Positions 1 to 9,101 are shown, numbered from the stretch's first letter. The stretch is 64,000 bases of DNA from Chloroflexota bacterium (GCA_009840165.1 VXOG01000034.1:2455-66454); one strand, 5' to 3'. Notes: generated from the letters alone by a model not told the origin. Program-made: numbers and translations.

Positions 1-546
1 ACGGGCGGCCTGGCCATCCTGCGCGGCAACCTCGCTCCCGACGGCGCGGTGATCAAGGTCGCCGGTCACCAGGAAAAGGTCTATGAAGGCCCGGCCCGGG
101 TTTTTGACCAGGAGGAGCCGGCCTTCCAGGCCGTCCAGCGCGGCGAAATTAAAGACGGCGACATCGTGGTCATCCGCTACGAAGGACCCAAGGGCGGCCC
201 CGGTATGCGCGAAATGCTGGCCGTAACCGGCGCGCTCATCGGCCAGGGCCTCGGCGACACCGTGGCGCTGGTAACCGACGGCCGATTCTCCGGCGCGTCC
301 CACGGGCCGATGGTCGGACACGTAGCGCCGGAAGCTATGAAAGGCGGACCCATCGGTATGCTGCGGGAAGGGGACATCATCACCTTGGACATCCCCAACC
401 GCCGCCTCGACGCCCGCATCACCGAAGAGGAAATGACCGACCGCCGGGCCGCCTGGCAACCCATGGAACCCAAGTACACCACCGGCGTCCTCGCCAAGTA
501 CGCCAAGCTGGTGTCCTCTGCCGCGGAGGGCGCGGTGACGCGATAG
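1..546 (+). CDS. ilvD: Dihydroxy-acid dehydratase, C-terminal part (5' end lies outside the window)
   Basis: Frame 1 is open from nt 1 ([22 protein letters not shown]...[20 protein letters not shown]), the conserved IlvD/Edd C-terminal region. Stop TAG at 544-546. Confidence 0.9.
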   Translation, partial: TGGLAILRGNLAPDGAVIKVAGHQEKVYEGPARVFDQEEPAFQAVQRGEIKDGDIVVIRYEGPKGGPGMREMLAVTGALIGQGLGDTVALVTDGRFSGASHGPMVGHVAPEAMKGGPIGMLREGDIITLDIPNRRLDARITEEEMTDRRAAWQPMEPKYTTGVLAKYAKLVSSAAEGAVTR

Positions 547-588
547 CGCCCGCATACATTAGACACTGGAGAACGCAAGGCAGCAGGG

Positions 589-1398
589 GTGGCTACCATG
601 GCAGATCGTGTTTTGTTGGAACGAAAAGGCTCCCTGGCCGTAATCAGACTGAACCGTCCCGAGGCCCGCAACGCCCTGTCTCCCGACATGGTTTCCGAGT
701 TGGGCCAGGCATTGGCCACCGCCGCCGCCCGCGACGTTCGCGCCGTCATGCTCACCGGCACTGACGGCGCGTTCTGCGCCGGCGCGGACGTGCGGGACTT
801 TACCGCCCAGCTCGATGAAGGCGGCCCCGAAGGTCTGTCCGAACACCTCCGCAGCCTGGCGGACAACCTGCACAACGACGTCGTCATGGCCATCCGCAAA
901 CTGGACAAGCCCGTGGTCGCTGCGGTGAACGGCGTGGCGGCCGGCGCCGGCTTCAGTCTGGCATTGGCCTGCGACCTGCGTGTGGCATCGTCCGATGCGC
1001 GGTTTCTGCTGGCCTACGCCAACATCGGCTGCACCGCCGACGGCGGGTCAACCTACATGCTGCCACGCATTGTTGGCCAGGGCCGCGCCATGGACATCTA
1101 CCTTGCCCGGCAGCCAATCGGCGCCCAGTACGCTCTGGAACTGGGATTGGTCAGCCAGGTATTCGATGCGTCGCACTTCGAGCGTCACGCCATGGAAACC
1201 GCCGACCGCCTTGCCCAGGGCCCCACGCAGGCTTACGGCCAAGTCAAGGCCCTCTTCGACGGCAGTTGGGACTCCAATCTCGCCACCCAACTGGACGCCG
1301 AAACCGAAGCCATCGCCAACATCGGCCTGACCGGAGATTTCCAGGAAGGGATAAGGGCTTTCTCCCAAAAGCGCCAGGCGTGGTTCCAGGGCAGGTAG
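589..1398 (+). CDS. Enoyl-CoA hydratase/isomerase (crotonase family)
   Basis: 269 aa. Crotonase signatures: LNRPEARNAL, GTDGAFCAGADV, AAVNGVAAGAGFSLALACD. Confidence 0.85.
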   Translation: MATMADRVLLERKGSLAVIRLNRPEARNALSPDMVSELGQALATAAARDVRAVMLTGTDGAFCAGADVRDFTAQLDEGGPEGLSEHLRSLADNLHNDVVMAIRKLDKPVVAAVNGVAAGAGFSLALACDLRVASSDARFLLAYANIGCTADGGSTYMLPRIVGQGRAMDIYLARQPIGAQYALELGLVSQVFDASHFERHAMETADRLAQGPTQAYGQVKALFDGSWDSNLATQLDAETEAIANIGLTGDFQEGIRAFSQKRQAWFQGR

Positions 1399-1417
1399 TG
1401 AACCGCTAGGCACAAAT

Positions 1418-1660
1418 ATGAAACGATGGTTAGCCCTCAACCGGTGGCGGTTGTTGTGGGTGCTAATAGGCTCGGCCGCTTGTCGCGTTCTTCTGGCGAT
1501 AGCTTTCCGTCTGATCGGTAGCGAGGCAGCTATAGCGGGCACGGCGAAGCTGGTCCTCGCAACGGTATTTGACGTTGCGCTGCTGGGATTGGCGGTTGCC
1601 GTTCTGATCGCGTTTGTGCAGTACGGACGGATCTACAACGCGCGGATACCGACGGAGTAA
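1418..1660 (+). CDS. Hypothetical small membrane protein
   Basis: 80-aa ORF with two hydrophobic stretches. No recognisable family; coding status is uncertain. Confidence 0.35.
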   Translation: MKRWLALNRWRLLWVLIGSAACRVLLAIAFRLIGSEAAIAGTAKLVLATVFDVALLGLAVAVLIAFVQYGRIYNARIPTE

Positions 1661-1671
1661 TAGCGCCTTAT

Positions 1672-2088
1672 CTATGAGCCTGTAAAAGGGTTGAGCAGAT
1701 CGGCGCCCAACCCCTGAACATGGGAGATATTACGTGTCACCAGTGTCAGGTTATGGACTTTGGCTGTAGCGGCCAAGAGGCCATCAACGATAGGTACGTT
1801 GCGAATAGCGTACATTTCGCCCCATGCGTCGGCAATTACAGCGTCAATCGGCAGGATGCGATTACCGAAAACTTGAATCAAACTGCGCAGCCAGGCATCC
1901 AGGTTCTCCGCCTGTATGTAGTCCTGCCGACGGCGGCTCATAGCGATTCCCTTGCGAAGTTCTCCAAGCACCAGCGCGCTGATATACAGGTCGGTTATCG
2001 CAACGCTGGCCGACCAAGCAACGACTCCAGGGTCGCCTCGACGACCACGACGCGATTCCGAAACTACGTTGGTGTCGAGCAGGAACAC
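1672..2088 (-). CDS. vapC: PIN-domain toxin, VapC/FitB family
   Basis: MFLLDTNVVSE... N-terminus and C-terminal LVTRN motif typical of VapC. GTG start overlaps the antitoxin stop by 1 nt. Locally lower GC. Confidence 0.85.
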   Translation of the reverse strand: MFLLDTNVVSESRRGRRGDPGVVAWSASVAITDLYISALVLGELRKGIAMSRRRQDYIQAENLDAWLRSLIQVFGNRILPIDAVIADAWGEMYAIRNVPIVDGLLAATAKVHNLTLVTRNISHVQGLGADLLNPFTGS

Positions 2089-2315
2089 TACAATTCCATA
2101 TCACGCGGATATTCGGGTTCCCGGGTCAAGTCAAGGTCATCGATGGGGCAAGCCATCAGCATCTCTTTGAAGTTGAGACCGCTGTAGTCAATCAATGTTT
2201 TCCTGGGGTCCATGGCAATTATCTTTTTGCCGTGTTCAGTGACATCGACCATTTCCCCGTCCGGTAGTATCGAATGGCTGACGTGTTTATAGTTATTGTC
2301 AGTCATGGCGGACAC
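2088..2315 (-). CDS. vapB: Antitoxin partner of VapC (VapB/FitA-like)
   Basis: 75-aa ORF immediately upstream of vapC and overlapping it. C-terminal DLDLTREPEYPRD tail resembles toxin-binding tails of VapB-type antitoxins. Confidence 0.6.
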   Translation of the reverse strand: MSAMTDNNYKHVSHSILPDGEMVDVTEHGKKIIAMDPRKTLIDYSGLNFKEMLMACPIDDLDLTREPEYPRDMEL

Positions 2316-2463
2316 CTACATACCTTTTTGAGTAGGTAGATTATACCCCGCCGCTGTTCAGTTTGCAGTTCCCGTAGTCCACCCATATACTGCGCTCGTT
2401 GATCGCCAAGTCAACGCCCGCCGCCTGCAATATGCCGACCGTTCGCTATGAGGAGGATCCCCC

Positions 2464-3633
2464 ATGCCAAAGGATAATGTGGAAGTATTCTGGTTTTCCG
2501 AGCAGCCCTACGGCCACGTCACAGATGCAGATGTGGAGCAGTACGATTCGGGGCGGCTGGATTTCCCCAATTCCCACTTCGATCCCGAAAGGGCCCACGT
2601 GCTCTACAACCAGTACCACGAACAGTATGCGTGCGCCGACCAGAACGGCTTCGACGGCATCATGTCCAACGAGCACCACGCTTCGTACTGGTGCATGAAG
2701 CCGGCCGTCAACATCGACGCCGCCGTTATCTCCAAAGTCACTCGCAATACCAAGATCGCCATCCTGGGCAACGTTATTGCCATCAACGACCCCATCCGCA
2801 TGGCCGAAGAAATCGCCATGCTGGACTGCATCTCCGGCGGGCGGATCATATCCGGTTTCGTGCGCGGCACTGCGGTTGAGACTCTGCAAGGCGGAGTCGC
2901 TCCCCCGCAGAACCGGGACCGTTTCGAGGAAGCCCACGACCTCATCATCAAATGCTGGACCGAGCCGGGCCCGTTCCGATATGAGGGAGAGTATTACCAC
3001 TACCGTAAGGTGAACCCCTGGGTTCTCCCCATGCAGAAACCGCACCCGCCCATCTGGTTCCCCGGCTTCAGCAGCCCGGAATCGGTGGTGTGGGCAGCGA
3101 CCCACCGGCACCCCTATATGAACCTCGGCTCCCTGCTCGAACACACCCACCGCCTTCGCGACGTCTATATCGACACCGCCCGGGAGACGGGATTCCAGCC
3201 CGGGCCGGAACACTTCGGCTACCTGCTGCGCGTGTTCTGCGCAGACACCGATGAGAAGGCGCAGGAGTTGGGACGCGAGTTTCTGTGGACCCAGGAGCAC
3301 CGCAACCGCGGCCCCCGCGAGCACAACGACCCGCCCGGCTACCAGTCCCGCGAGGCGGTCAGCATCCAGCGGACGCTGCCCGGAGCCGGTGGGTTCGGGC
3401 GCATGATGACTTACGAGGAACTACAGGAAGCCAACAACATCATCGTGGGCAGCCCCGACACCGTGCGGGAAAAGCTGTCCATGATTATCGAACGCCTCAA
3501 TCCCGGCTACTTGCACATCTACGGAAACGAGGGCGCCATGGCCCACGAGGACGTGATGCGCTCCATCGAGCTGATCGGCCGCGAGGTAATTCCCGCCCTC
3601 CACGAAATCCCCCTGGTTGACCACTACGAGTAG
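2464..3633 (+). CDS. Luciferase-like (LLM) flavin-dependent monooxygenase
   Basis: 389 aa. LLM TIM-barrel pattern (SEQPY..., FDGIMSNEHH, AEEIAMLDCISGGRIISGF). GGAGGA RBS ahead of the ATG. Confidence 0.85.
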   Translation: MPKDNVEVFWFSEQPYGHVTDADVEQYDSGRLDFPNSHFDPERAHVLYNQYHEQYACADQNGFDGIMSNEHHASYWCMKPAVNIDAAVISKVTRNTKIAILGNVIAINDPIRMAEEIAMLDCISGGRIISGFVRGTAVETLQGGVAPPQNRDRFEEAHDLIIKCWTEPGPFRYEGEYYHYRKVNPWVLPMQKPHPPIWFPGFSSPESVVWAATHRHPYMNLGSLLEHTHRLRDVYIDTARETGFQPGPEHFGYLLRVFCADTDEKAQELGREFLWTQEHRNRGPREHNDPPGYQSREAVSIQRTLPGAGGFGRMMTYEELQEANNIIVGSPDTVREKLSMIIERLNPGYLHIYGNEGAMAHEDVMRSIELIGREVIPALHEIPLVDHYE

Positions 3634-3634
3634 G

Positions 3635-4063
3635 ATGCGCCTTTCAACAACTCGCGTCGTCGCCGTCGTGTGTCTATTGTTTGCGGCGAGTTGCGCGACC
3701 GGCGGCGACTTTGAGTGTCCCGAAGGGATGAACGCTTTCTTTGAGTTGAACGTGTATTTTGGTCAGGAAAAGGGCAATGGCGAAACGGTCAGCGAAGAGG
3801 AGTGGCAAGCCTTTTTGGCGAACGCCGTAACGCCGCGCTTCCCCGATGGATTGACGGTTCTGGACGCCCGTGGCCAGTGGTTTGATACTGACAACGGGCG
3901 GCTATATCGCGAGTCCACCAAGTTGCTGAACGTACTGGTTCCCGTTGACTCGGCGTCGTCCAGCGTTAGCGCGGTTCGTGACCTCTCCGACATCTACAAG
4001 GAACAGTTTGACCAGCAGGCAGTCTTTCACACAACATCGCCGGCGTGTGCCGAAGTGTATTGA
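3635..4063 (+). CDS. Lipoprotein, DUF3574-like
   Basis: Signal peptide with lipobox LFAASC. The FELNVYFGQ...VTPRFPDGLTVLDARGQW pattern matches what I recall of DUF3574. Preferred ATG is 3635; the track ORF starts at TTG 3617. Confidence 0.6.
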   Translation: MRLSTTRVVAVVCLLFAASCATGGDFECPEGMNAFFELNVYFGQEKGNGETVSEEEWQAFLANAVTPRFPDGLTVLDARGQWFDTDNGRLYRESTKLLNVLVPVDSASSSVSAVRDLSDIYKEQFDQQAVFHTTSPACAEVY

Positions 4064-4078
4064 CGGAGGTATTCGAGG

Positions 4079-5026
4079 ATGAGCGCGGAATTACCTGAGC
4101 GTCAAGCCTTCATCGGCGTCGGTACCATGGGCAGCCTGATGGCCGGCCGTCTGCTCGACGCCGGCGTAGATCTAACGGTGTTCGACATCCGGCGCGAGGC
4201 TGCGGATCCGCTGATCCAGCGCGGCGCGCGTTGGGCCGCCAGCGCGGAAAATGCGGCAAGCGGCTGCGAAGTGCTGTGGACTTCGCTCCCCGGGCCGGCT
4301 CAGGTCGAATCCGTCTTGCTCGGCAATGAGGCGGCGGTATTGTCGGCCTTGCCGGATGGGGCGGTATTGTCGGCCTTGCCGGATGGGGCGGTATTGTCGG
4401 CCTTGCCGGATGGGGCGGTATTGGTCGATACGACCACAAACGACCCCGATGTGGCTCGAAGGGTGGCAGATACCTGCGCTGGCCGTGGCATCGCAATGTT
4501 GGACGCTCCGGTCAGCGGCCGCCCACCTGCTATGACGATGATGGTGGGCGGCGACCCCTCGGTGTACGAAAAAGCATTGCCGTCGCTGGAAACGGTGGCC
4601 GCGCAGATCTTCTACGTCGGCCCGTCCGGCGCCGGCTGCGTAGCCAAGTTGGCAACCCAGTACATGGGCTACACCAACCTGATTGCCGCCATTGAGGGAA
4701 TGCTGATCGCCCGGATGGGTGGCGTGGACCCGGCGGTCCTGGCCAAGATCGTCCCGGTCAGCTCCGGCGCCAGCCGGGCATTCAACGCAATACCCAATTC
4801 CGTGCTGAACGGCTCATTTCAGGCCGGCGGCACCCTGGACATCGTAGCCAAGGACGTGGCTCTGGCTTGCGCGTTGGCCCAGCGGGAAAACGCCCCGGCA
4901 TCCACCGGGGAGGCGGCCAACACCCTCTATCGTCAGGCGCAGGAAGCGGGCTGGGGCAGCGAAGGCTACCCCATCGTCGCCCGCATCCTTGAGGCCATGG
5001 CGCACACGGAGTTGAGGAGCGAATAA
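4079..5026 (+). CDS. NAD(P)-dependent 3-hydroxyisobutyrate / 6-phosphogluconate dehydrogenase-family oxidoreductase
   Basis: N-terminal Rossmann motif FIGVGTMGSLMA; ...VDTTTNDP...LDAPVSG... typical of the HIBADH family. Contains an in-frame tandem repeat (next feature). Confidence 0.85.
   Translation: MSAELPERQAFIGVGTMGSLMAGRLLDAGVDLTVFDIRREAADPLIQRGARWAASAENAASGCEVLWTSLPGPAQVESVLLGNEAAVLSALPDGAVLSALPDGAVLSALPDGAVLVDTTTNDPDVARRVADTCAGRGIAMLDAPVSGRPPAMTMMVGGDPSVYEKALPSLETVAAQIFYVGPSGAGCVAKLATQYMGYTNLIAAIEGMLIARMGGVDPAVLAKIVPVSSGASRAFNAIPNSVLNGSFQAGGTLDIVAKDVALACALAQRENAPASTGEAANTLYRQAQEAGWGSEGYPIVARILEAMAHTELRSE
4334..4423. repeat. 27-bp perfect tandem repeat, about 3.3 copies, in frame inside the dehydrogenase gene
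   Basis: gcggtattgtcggccttgccggatggg at 4334-4360, 4361-4387 and 4388-4414, plus a partial copy. Encodes AVLSALPDG three times. Confidence 0.95.
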
Positions 5027-5090
5027 CGGCCTCACTTGACCGACGGTTGTGATACCATTTGCCAGCGCCAGTTGCGCCCGGAGGAAAATC

Positions 5091-6470
5091 ATGGCAATTA
5101 CGTTCCAACCCAGCGCCTACAGTGGGCTGGTTGACGATGACAATGGCATGGTCAGCCGGGAGATATTCGTCAATGCTGACATCTACGCCGAGGAGCAGGA
5201 GCGCATTTTCACCCGCGCTTGGCTTTTCGTCGGGCATGAGAGCCAGGTTGCCAAGCCCGGCGACTTCTTCGTCTCGTCCATGGGCGAGGAATCGGTCATC
5301 CTCTGCCGCGACCGTCAGGGTGAGATTCACGTCTTCCTCAACTCCTGCATGCACCGGGGCATGAAGGTGTGTCGCTACGACGAGGGCAACACGCCCATCT
5401 TCACCTGCCCCTACCACGGCTGGAGCTTCGCCACCGATGGCGCGCTGGTCGGCGTCCCGTTCTACAAAGACGCCTACCACGAGGAACTGGACAAGTCCCA
5501 GTGGAGCCTCATCCGCGTCCCCAAGATGGTCAACTACAAGGGCGGCATCTGGGCCACCTGGGACCCGAACGCCCCCGACTTCCTAGATTATATCGGCGGG
5601 TTCAAAACCTATCTTGACATCCTGTTCGACGGGTGGGACGGCTCCGAAGGCGGCACCGAAATCATCGGCGGCATCGAGAAGTGGATGGTGCCCAGCAACT
5701 GGAAGTTCCCCGCCGAAAACTTCATCGGCGACCGCTACCACAACATCAGCCACCGCTCCGTTGACCTGGTGGGCATCGGCCCGTCAGGACAGGGCCGCCG
5801 CGACAACAGCGAGCGCGAGGGCGCAAAGTCCCTGGACGTGTCCTTCCCCGAGCGCGGCCACGGCACCGTGATGTTCCTCAGGCCCGAGGACGCGCAGCCC
5901 GTTCCGTCGTACCAGAACGACCCCATCGTGTCCGATTACTTCTACCAGTGCGAAATCGCCCGCAAGGAGCGACAGGGACAGTTGTGGCGCATCCTGGCCG
6001 GGCCGGGAACGATCTTCCCCAACATGTCCTTCCTGCCCCGCCAGCCGCGCAGCATCGCCGTGTGGCACCCTCGAGGCCCCGACCAGACCGAAGTGTGGCG
6101 CTGGTTCCTGGTGGACAGCAGCGCGCCGCCGGAAGTCAAAGAATTCCTGCGCCAGTACTACATCCGCTACTCGGGCCCCGCCGGTTTGACTGAACAGGAC
6201 GACATGGAGAACTGGAACTACGCCCACGCCGCCAGCCGGGGCGCGATGGCCCGCCGGCACCACTACAACTACCAGATGGGCATGGGCTACGCGGTTACCG
6301 ATTTCGAGGACGGCGGCCTGAAACTCGACGGCACTGTGCTGGATACCACCAAGGCCCGCGCCGGCGAGCAGAATCAGCGCGGTTTCTACAGCCGCTGGCG
6401 GGAGTTCATGGCGGCGCGGGATTGGGACGAGCTGGCAACCTGGCGCAACGGCAACGGCGCGGCCTGTTAG
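5091..6470 (+). CDS. Rieske non-heme-iron ring-hydroxylating oxygenase, alpha subunit
   Basis: Rieske motif CMHRG...CPYHGW; mononuclear-iron region NFIGDRYHNISH. GGAGGA RBS 5 nt before ATG 5091 (track ORF starts at 5049). Confidence 0.9.
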   Translation: MAITFQPSAYSGLVDDDNGMVSREIFVNADIYAEEQERIFTRAWLFVGHESQVAKPGDFFVSSMGEESVILCRDRQGEIHVFLNSCMHRGMKVCRYDEGNTPIFTCPYHGWSFATDGALVGVPFYKDAYHEELDKSQWSLIRVPKMVNYKGGIWATWDPNAPDFLDYIGGFKTYLDILFDGWDGSEGGTEIIGGIEKWMVPSNWKFPAENFIGDRYHNISHRSVDLVGIGPSGQGRRDNSEREGAKSLDVSFPERGHGTVMFLRPEDAQPVPSYQNDPIVSDYFYQCEIARKERQGQLWRILAGPGTIFPNMSFLPRQPRSIAVWHPRGPDQTEVWRWFLVDSSAPPEVKEFLRQYYIRYSGPAGLTEQDDMENWNYAHAASRGAMARRHHYNYQMGMGYAVTDFEDGGLKLDGTVLDTTKARAGEQNQRGFYSRWREFMAARDWDELATWRNGNGAAC

Positions 6471-6478
6471 GTGGCGCT

Positions 6479-7024
6479 ATGGTAGTCGCCAACGATCCGC
6501 TGGCAATGCTGTTGCTCAAACAGGACGTGGAAGCGTTCCTGTACCACGAGGCCAACCTGCTGGACGACCGCCGCTACGAGGAGTGGCTGGATCTGCTCAC
6601 CGACGACGTTCGCTACTGGGTACCCATGCGACGCAACGTCAAGTTCGGCGAGCTGGAGCGCGAGTTCACCCGCGAAGGCCAGGACATCAACTGGTTCGAC
6701 GAGGGCAAGGCCACGCTCACGCAGCGGGTCAGGCAGATCCTCACCGGCGTCCACTGGGCCGAGGAGCCGTTGTCCCGCCTCTCCCACCTGGTCACCAACG
6801 TTGAAATACTGGACGCATCGCCAACTGCGGCGGACGCAGAGGAAGTGTCGTTGCGTTGCCGGTTCATCATCTATCGCAACCGTGTGGAAACCGAGACCGA
6901 CCTCCTGGTGGGCCGCCGGGAGGACTCCCTGCGTCGCGTGGATGGTGAATGGCAGATCGCCAAGCGCCAGGTGTTCCTGGATCAGAACGTTTTGCTCGCC
7001 AAGAACCTCACCTTCTTTTTCTGA
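6479..7024 (+). CDS. Ring-hydroxylating dioxygenase beta subunit (NTF2/SnoaL fold)
   Basis: VEAFLYHEANLLDDRRYEEWLDLLTDDVRYWVP is the classic beta-subunit N-terminus. Sits directly after the alpha subunit. Confidence 0.85.
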   Translation: MVVANDPLAMLLLKQDVEAFLYHEANLLDDRRYEEWLDLLTDDVRYWVPMRRNVKFGELEREFTREGQDINWFDEGKATLTQRVRQILTGVHWAEEPLSRLSHLVTNVEILDASPTAADAEEVSLRCRFIIYRNRVETETDLLVGRREDSLRRVDGEWQIAKRQVFLDQNVLLAKNLTFFF

Positions 7025-7087
7025 ACGCCAATTCCTCGTTCCCGCTTTACCACCGTCATTGCCATGAAAATAGAGTGTTCCACCGTA

Positions 7088-7110
7088 GGGGCAACCCTTG
7101 TGGTTGCCCC
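7088..7110 (+). terminator. GC-rich hairpin after the dioxygenase genes (REP-like, 'ggggc...gcccc' family)
   Basis: ggggcaacc-cttgt-ggttgcccc: 9-bp perfect stem. No clear U-tract. Confidence 0.45.
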
Positions 7111-7202
7111 GGTTCCACCGACGAAATTTTCATCCCTCAAACGTGGCTTGGCAAGGCCATGCGCAATTCTCGAGCAAGCCGGAATCCAGAGTGTCAAGAA
7201 CT

Positions 7203-7406
7203 ATGGCTGACATTGTGAATCTCTTTGAAGTGGAGCCGGGCCAGAAGGTGAAGCTCTACAGCGACGCCACCGCCGAGGTGGTATCCAATCCCAGGGACGG
7301 CGTGTGGCTGTTCGTCCGCTACCTCACCAGCCCGGAGGATCCTGACCAGGTGGGCGAAGAGGACATGGTCTTCGCCCAGGACGTGATCGAGTTGCTGGCG
7401 GATTGA
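7203..7406 (+). CDS. Hypothetical small acidic protein (67 aa)
   Basis: ATG 7203 within track ORF 7098-7406 (MADIVNLFEVEPGQKVKLY...). No family recognised. Confidence 0.4.
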   Translation: MADIVNLFEVEPGQKVKLYSDATAEVVSNPRDGVWLFVRYLTSPEDPDQVGEEDMVFAQDVIELLAD

Positions 7407-7642
7407 CCCCGATGGTTGCCCCCTCTACGGAAACCACCGGCTACTCGGTGCCCACCCACGAAGAGGTCCTGGCCGCCATTCGAGCCGGCTATCGTGCCAT
7501 CGACGACGGCTACGGTTTCTATCCCGGTTTCAACGGCTGGCTTGAATCCCTGGGCTATACGCGGCGAGAAGACGTTGACTGCACCTGTCCCGACCGCGGC
7601 TATCGCGGTCACCTGCCCGAATGCCGGTGGATGCGACCTTAA
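7403..7642 (+). CDS. Hypothetical small protein with a Cys/His-rich C-terminus
   Basis: 79-aa ORF overlapping the previous stop. C-terminal CTCPDRGYRGHLPEC. Alternative ATG at 7412. Confidence 0.35.
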   Translation: MTPMVAPSTETTGYSVPTHEEVLAAIRAGYRAIDDGYGFYPGFNGWLESLGYTRREDVDCTCPDRGYRGHLPECRWMRP

Positions 7643-7675
7643 CCCTGCGACCATTCCTGAGATAACCGTCTGCCG

Positions 7676-7787
7676 CACCACCACCGTCATTCCCGCACCA
7701 CCACCGTCATTCCCGCGAAAGCGGGAATCCAGGCCGCGGGGCGACACCCGCACATCAAGCTCCTGGATTCCGGCCCAAGGCCGGAAT
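7676..7787. repeat. Cluster of REP-like elements: 20-bp tandem duplication plus two hairpins
   Basis: caccaccaccgtcattcccg occurs twice in tandem (7676-7695, 7696-7715). Hairpin attcccgc-gaaa-gcgggaat at 7709-7728; hairpin attccggcc-caa-ggccggaat at 7767-7787. Confidence 0.85.
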
Positions 7788-7836
7788 GACGAATACAAAT
7801 GCCCGAAACAACGAATTTCATTGTGGAGTAGCAACG

Positions 7837-8646
7837 ATGTCCCAGCAAATGGTTGATTTGATGGAAGCGGTATGGCAGTCCATAGACGGCCTGTGCGCCA
7901 ACCTAACGCCTGAACAGTGGGCTTTGCCCACCGAATGCCCCGGCTGGGCGGTGCAGGACCAGGTATCCCACCTCGTGGGCAGCGAGTGCCGATTGCTGGG
8001 GCGCCCAGCGCCTGAGCACGAGCCGGATGATACCTCCCACGTGCGCAACGAGGTCGGGCAGAGCAACGAGGTGCTGGTTGACTACCGGCGCCGGTTCAAC
8101 GGCGTGGAGGTTCTGGCTGAGTTCAGGGAAATCACGGCCGAACGGCTGCGGGTGTTGCGCGGCATGACGGAAGGGGATTTCACCGTCGAAACCCCCAATC
8201 CGCTGGGCAGCGGCCCCTACACCGACCTGCTCGCGATACGCATCTACGACGCCTGGGTCCACGAGCAGGATATGCGTCGCACGCTGGGCATCCCTGGCCA
8301 CCTGGGCGGCCCGGTGGCCCAGCACTCTTATGGCCGCACCCAATCGGCTATGCCCTTCGTAGTGGGCCGCAAGGTAAGGCCCGACGACGGCACAACGGTG
8401 GTGTTCGAGATCACCGGCGAGGTGGGCGGCTCCATCGCCCTCAGCATGGAGGGCGGACGCGCCAACCGCATGGACGCCGCTCCCGATTCGCCAACAGTTC
8501 GCCTGACCATGGGCCTGGAACCCTTCAACGCTCTAGGCACCGGCCGGTGGACGGCAGAGCACGCACTCGCCAACGGGTCGGTGACCATTGACGGAGACCA
8601 GGCGCTGGGCGAGCGGATTGTGGCGGAGATGAACTTTATGATTTGA
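7837..8646 (+). CDS. DinB-like / maleylpyruvate-isomerase-family (mycothiol-dependent enzyme family) protein
   Basis: N-terminus ...LTPEQWALPTECPGWAVQDQVSHLVG typical of that family. Preferred ATG is 7837; the track ORF starts inside the REP cluster at 7786. Confidence 0.7.
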   Translation: MSQQMVDLMEAVWQSIDGLCANLTPEQWALPTECPGWAVQDQVSHLVGSECRLLGRPAPEHEPDDTSHVRNEVGQSNEVLVDYRRRFNGVEVLAEFREITAERLRVLRGMTEGDFTVETPNPLGSGPYTDLLAIRIYDAWVHEQDMRRTLGIPGHLGGPVAQHSYGRTQSAMPFVVGRKVRPDDGTTVVFEITGEVGGSIALSMEGGRANRMDAAPDSPTVRLTMGLEPFNALGTGRWTAEHALANGSVTIDGDQALGERIVAEMNFMI

Positions 8647-8687
8647 TAACGGGCGGGACAAGAAGGTCCTGATACGGGGGTTTAGCA

Positions 8688-8930
8688 GTGAATCGTTACA
8701 AGCTCTCTTTCATCATCCATGAGCCTAGCGAGGATATGAACGACAAGTTTATGGCTGAAATACCCGCTCTGCCGGGTTGCCGGGCCTGGGGGGATACCCC
8801 TGCCGAAACCCTGCACATCCTTGAAGGCGTGGCGGAAGCTTTTATACAGTCGTACCTGGAACGTGGACTCCCTTTGCCCGTTGGGATTGAAACAACCCCG
8901 GTGCTGACTGGTACAGACTACAATCCCTAA
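8688..8930 (+). CDS. hicB: HicB-family antitoxin
   Basis: 80 aa. ...FMAEIPALPGCRAWGDTPAETLHILEGVAEAFIQSYLERGLPLP matches the HicB/UPF0150 N-terminal domain. GTG start. Confidence 0.8.
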   Translation: MNRYKLSFIIHEPSEDMNDKFMAEIPALPGCRAWGDTPAETLHILEGVAEAFIQSYLERGLPLPVGIETTPVLTGTDYNP

Positions 8931-9018
8931 CTGGGGTGGCCGTGATCTAAGGACCGGCACCATCGGCGCGATACTCCGGGACTTGGGAATATCCCGAGAG
9001 GAACTCGATCAAGCGTAG
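8908..9018 (+). pseudogene. hicA: Remnant of a HicA toxin gene (C-terminal roughly 30 codons only)
   Basis: The frame opening at 8908 reads ...IPNWGGRDLRTGTIGAILRDLGISREELDQA*. This resembles the HicA C-terminus (IP.H.g.dL..GTl..IL.q.GiS.eEf). There is no start codon or N-terminal half; an in-frame stop lies at 8905. Confidence 0.5.
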
Positions 9019-9101
9019 GCGGCGAGAGGTATTCGACATCGTTATAATGGCCCCGACCATCACCCCGATGGCGGGGCTGTTGCATTTAAGGGAGGTTCAT
9101 T

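Noticed and set aside
177-908. Long antisense or overlapping ORFs throughout the track. Examples: 177-908(-), 2446-3324(-), 22546-23742(+), 28385-29647(+), 34016-35539(-), 38779-39876(+), 43842-44996(-), 55627-56781(+), 61999-63501(-).
   Set aside because: All lie opposite or out of frame to genes with clear family signatures. Their translations are Arg/Gly/Pro/Ala-rich low-complexity strings typical of shadow ORFs in GC-rich DNA.
4334-4423. Possible CRISPR arrays, prompted by the tandem repeats at 4334, 7676, 28028 and 38340-38480.
   Set aside because: The repeats are directly adjacent with no unique spacers. They lie in coding frames or REP clusters, and no cas genes are present.
7319-7834. 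171-aa minus-strand ORF spanning the intergenic region after the small ORFs.
   Set aside because: Its sequence (...LDSRFRGNDGGGAGMT...) is simply the translation of the REP-like hairpins and the 20-bp duplication.
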